NCBI GenBank assembly: GCA_044892525.1
Contig: CM097885.1
Location: 20,524,001-20,588,000 of the forward strand
DNA length: 64,000 nt
Direction: 5' to 3'
Source of the DNA: Schmidtea polychroa
Lineage: Eukaryota
This document shows positions 61,701 through 64,000 of this stretch, in pieces. How positions within the stretch are numbered: the first letter of the stretch is position 1; the number at the start of each line of letters is the position of its first letter. Both the position numbers and the translations under genes were made by a program. The notes under the pieces are model-generated. The model was not told the origin of the DNA. It worked only from the letters and a program-made list of their open reading frames with translations, and searched no databases.

Positions 61701-62456
61701 TATACAGTGGTTGGATCTGAACCGACAGGTAAACTTCGTTGCCAAGACTACTCTTTGCTTGACACCTATTTATGATGCTTGACAGCCGATAGAAGGTTTT
61801 ATGTCTCTTGAAAAATAATTCTTATGCTATTCTCGGGTAAGTTTTGTACGATGACAAATGATGGAGACCACATAATTCGATCATCAGGAGATGAGAAAGG
61901 TATAAAGTTATAAAAATGAACAAAATATGAAAAAAAAGGTGCGATTTCTCTACATATACTTCTAGATACATCATTGTTCACGCTGACCTTGCTTTAGTCC
62001 CAGCAGGAAGGTCGTCGAGGCTGAAGAATACCTTGTCATCCATTTTGACGGGGTATAAGACATTTCACATGGAACTTCAAAATTGGCCTCGTAAATGAGT
62101 GTCGGAGGTTGCTTTACTGTGGCCGCTTCTTCGTAAAACTGCCGTTTGCAAGCCCCTTGAGTTTTACCGAGGTTCATCCGTTTGGTGGTTGTTGCTTTCA
62201 CCGGTGCTGGAAATGGAGTGGCTACTGCATTAAGATCTGTATATGGCGTGGGAATTTTGATCTTCACTTTTATTTCCTTTTCTAACTTTTAAAAAAAAAT
62301 TGAAAATAGAAGAATCTAAATTCAAAGAAATTAACAAGCACTATTTAGTCATCTCTGTCAATCCGTTGAGACGATCGCGTTCATTTCTCAGCGTTATTGT
62401 ATCTGAGGTCTTCTGCTTTGAAATTATTTCTTCGCAAATTTGGCCTTATTGCAAGA

Positions 62457-62819
62457 TGTCAGCTAAACAGAAAGGGTGTACTGACTATTTAAAATTCGGT
62501 TTTGTTCCATCTACTACAGATCAGCAATAGGCAATGTGTTTACTCTGTCAACATGTATTTTCTAACGAAGCAATGAAATCATCGCGGTTAAATGAACATT
62601 TTTTAAAGAAGCATCCCAACAAGAGTAATAAAGACATATTGTACTTGCAAGAACTTAAGAAAACATTTGAAAGTCGTAATACTATCAACTATGTTTTTAA
62701 GAAGATAACACGTTTGAATGATAAAAGACTAATGATATCTTATAAAATAGTACAAATTTTTTCAAAATGTGGTGTACCATATGTATATGGAGAAAATTTA
62801 TTACTACCAGCTATACGTG
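62457..62819 (+). pseudogene. hAT Buster/Charlie-type transposase N-terminus (BED finger), truncated by an insertion
   Basis: DYLKFGFV..MCLLCQHVFSNEAMKSSRLNEHFLKKH..SYKI..GENLLLPA. Confidence 0.88.
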
Positions 62820-64000
62820 AGTAGATGGATATGTCCCTTCCACACCATGTCCCATCCACGCCACTACCCCCCAGGAGAAATTTTTTTAAACTCGGAATTT
62901 TATATATATATAGAAAAAAAAAGTCTATATATAGAAAAATGCATAGTTTCCATGGGAAATGAGCTCCAAAGTCTCTAACTTCAACATCAAATGCCATAAT
63001 TTAACATCATTCATATATTATCAAACATAGAAAATCTTATATTATAGAAATAAAATCATATTCTTCAACACACAGTGGGACAATGAACAAAAGCTTTAAT
63101 AAAATACTTAGAAAAATATTTTTAAAAATATGAAAATACTTTAAAGTGAAGGTGAAAGAAAAACACTTAGAACAAACAATTACATGATCACATGGTAAAT
63201 ACAAAACCGAAACTTCATTATCTTTACAAATTGAACAAGTTAAATACCTTTTCTTAACATAGCTTGTGTACGGGCCAACTTAACCGGGTTGAGGATCGGT
63301 TTCCATTTTAAAACCATCATGGAACGATTGGAGGAGGAGTTGGGTTCCACAGTCCCGTGTGCCGGCTTTCAATATAAGCCCCTTTGAAATTTCTCTATAA
63401 AGCTGATTTGGCGTGAGAGTTTGTGGCAAACTGGTGAACAATAGGGTCAGCCATTTAACGGAAAGGTCAAATTTTTGTGGTGAGTATTCTAGTGTAAACC
63501 AGTTTTTGTGTATTAAACTTCTTTATATTTCATTAACTGATGCCCTTCTTAACTCGCTTTCCAGGAGGTGGTTTAAAACTTAGCAAGTGTTAGGTAGAAT
63601 TCTAATGTTATGAGAATTTTGGGTCGACATCAATCCAATTATTAATTTTGCAGTTACAATTCCCATTTTGTTAAATACTTACTTCAATTATATTGACAAC
63701 CCCAAAATAAACCTATTCATGGGTAACATGGAATTTGAAATGATCTTCGAGGCTCTGTTGCGGTTTGGCAAAAAGTGAAACATGTACCAATTTATTATGA
63801 ATAACCTCCTACAACCTCCCCAACATCTCTCAAAAGAAACAAAAATAATCTAAAACTAACTTAAATTACTATAAGCATGTAATAAAAATATTGTATACTG
63901 AAAATAAATAACCTAACGCTAGGAAACGTAATGTGAATATGTAATCCTAAATAAAAAATATTTCATTGAGAATAAAACGAATAAGAGTACCGACAGTTAA
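62820..64000 (+). mobile_element. Possible left terminus of a second Polinton
   Basis: hAT homology stops abruptly at AGTAGATGG..., the same AGTAG start as the 47281 end; followed by C-rich subterminal sequence. Confidence 0.4.

Noticed and set aside
61799..62267. Two adjacent minus-strand ORFs as a host gene
   Set aside because: No recognisable domain or splice signals; sits among transposon debris.

Overview
This is very AT-rich eukaryotic DNA made almost entirely of nested mobile elements, with no confidently identifiable host gene. The base composition, (TAA)n tracts and ~50-nt candidate introns suggest an invertebrate such as a planarian (inference). Contents: (1) two related full-length Ty3/Gypsy LTR retrotransposons (15775-20831 minus, disabled; 49036-54049 plus, intact). 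They share a -1 frameshift signal, and Gag starts inside the LTR and reads through the PBS. (2) A decayed Polinton/Maverick (adintovirus-like) provirus at ~35073-47281 with adenain protease, major and minor capsid proteins, core-like proteins, integrase tail, packaging ATPase and protein-primed PolB. It also carries a compact TATA-binding-protein (TBP) homolog divergent from the ATPase, which is the most unusual item in the window. (3) A scrambled Helitron, an inverted Penelope fragment and several minimal hammerhead-like motifs. (4) Multiple hAT, Tigger/pogo and MITE elements, most with verifiable TIRs and TSDs. All assignments come from reading motifs by eye; no database search was run.
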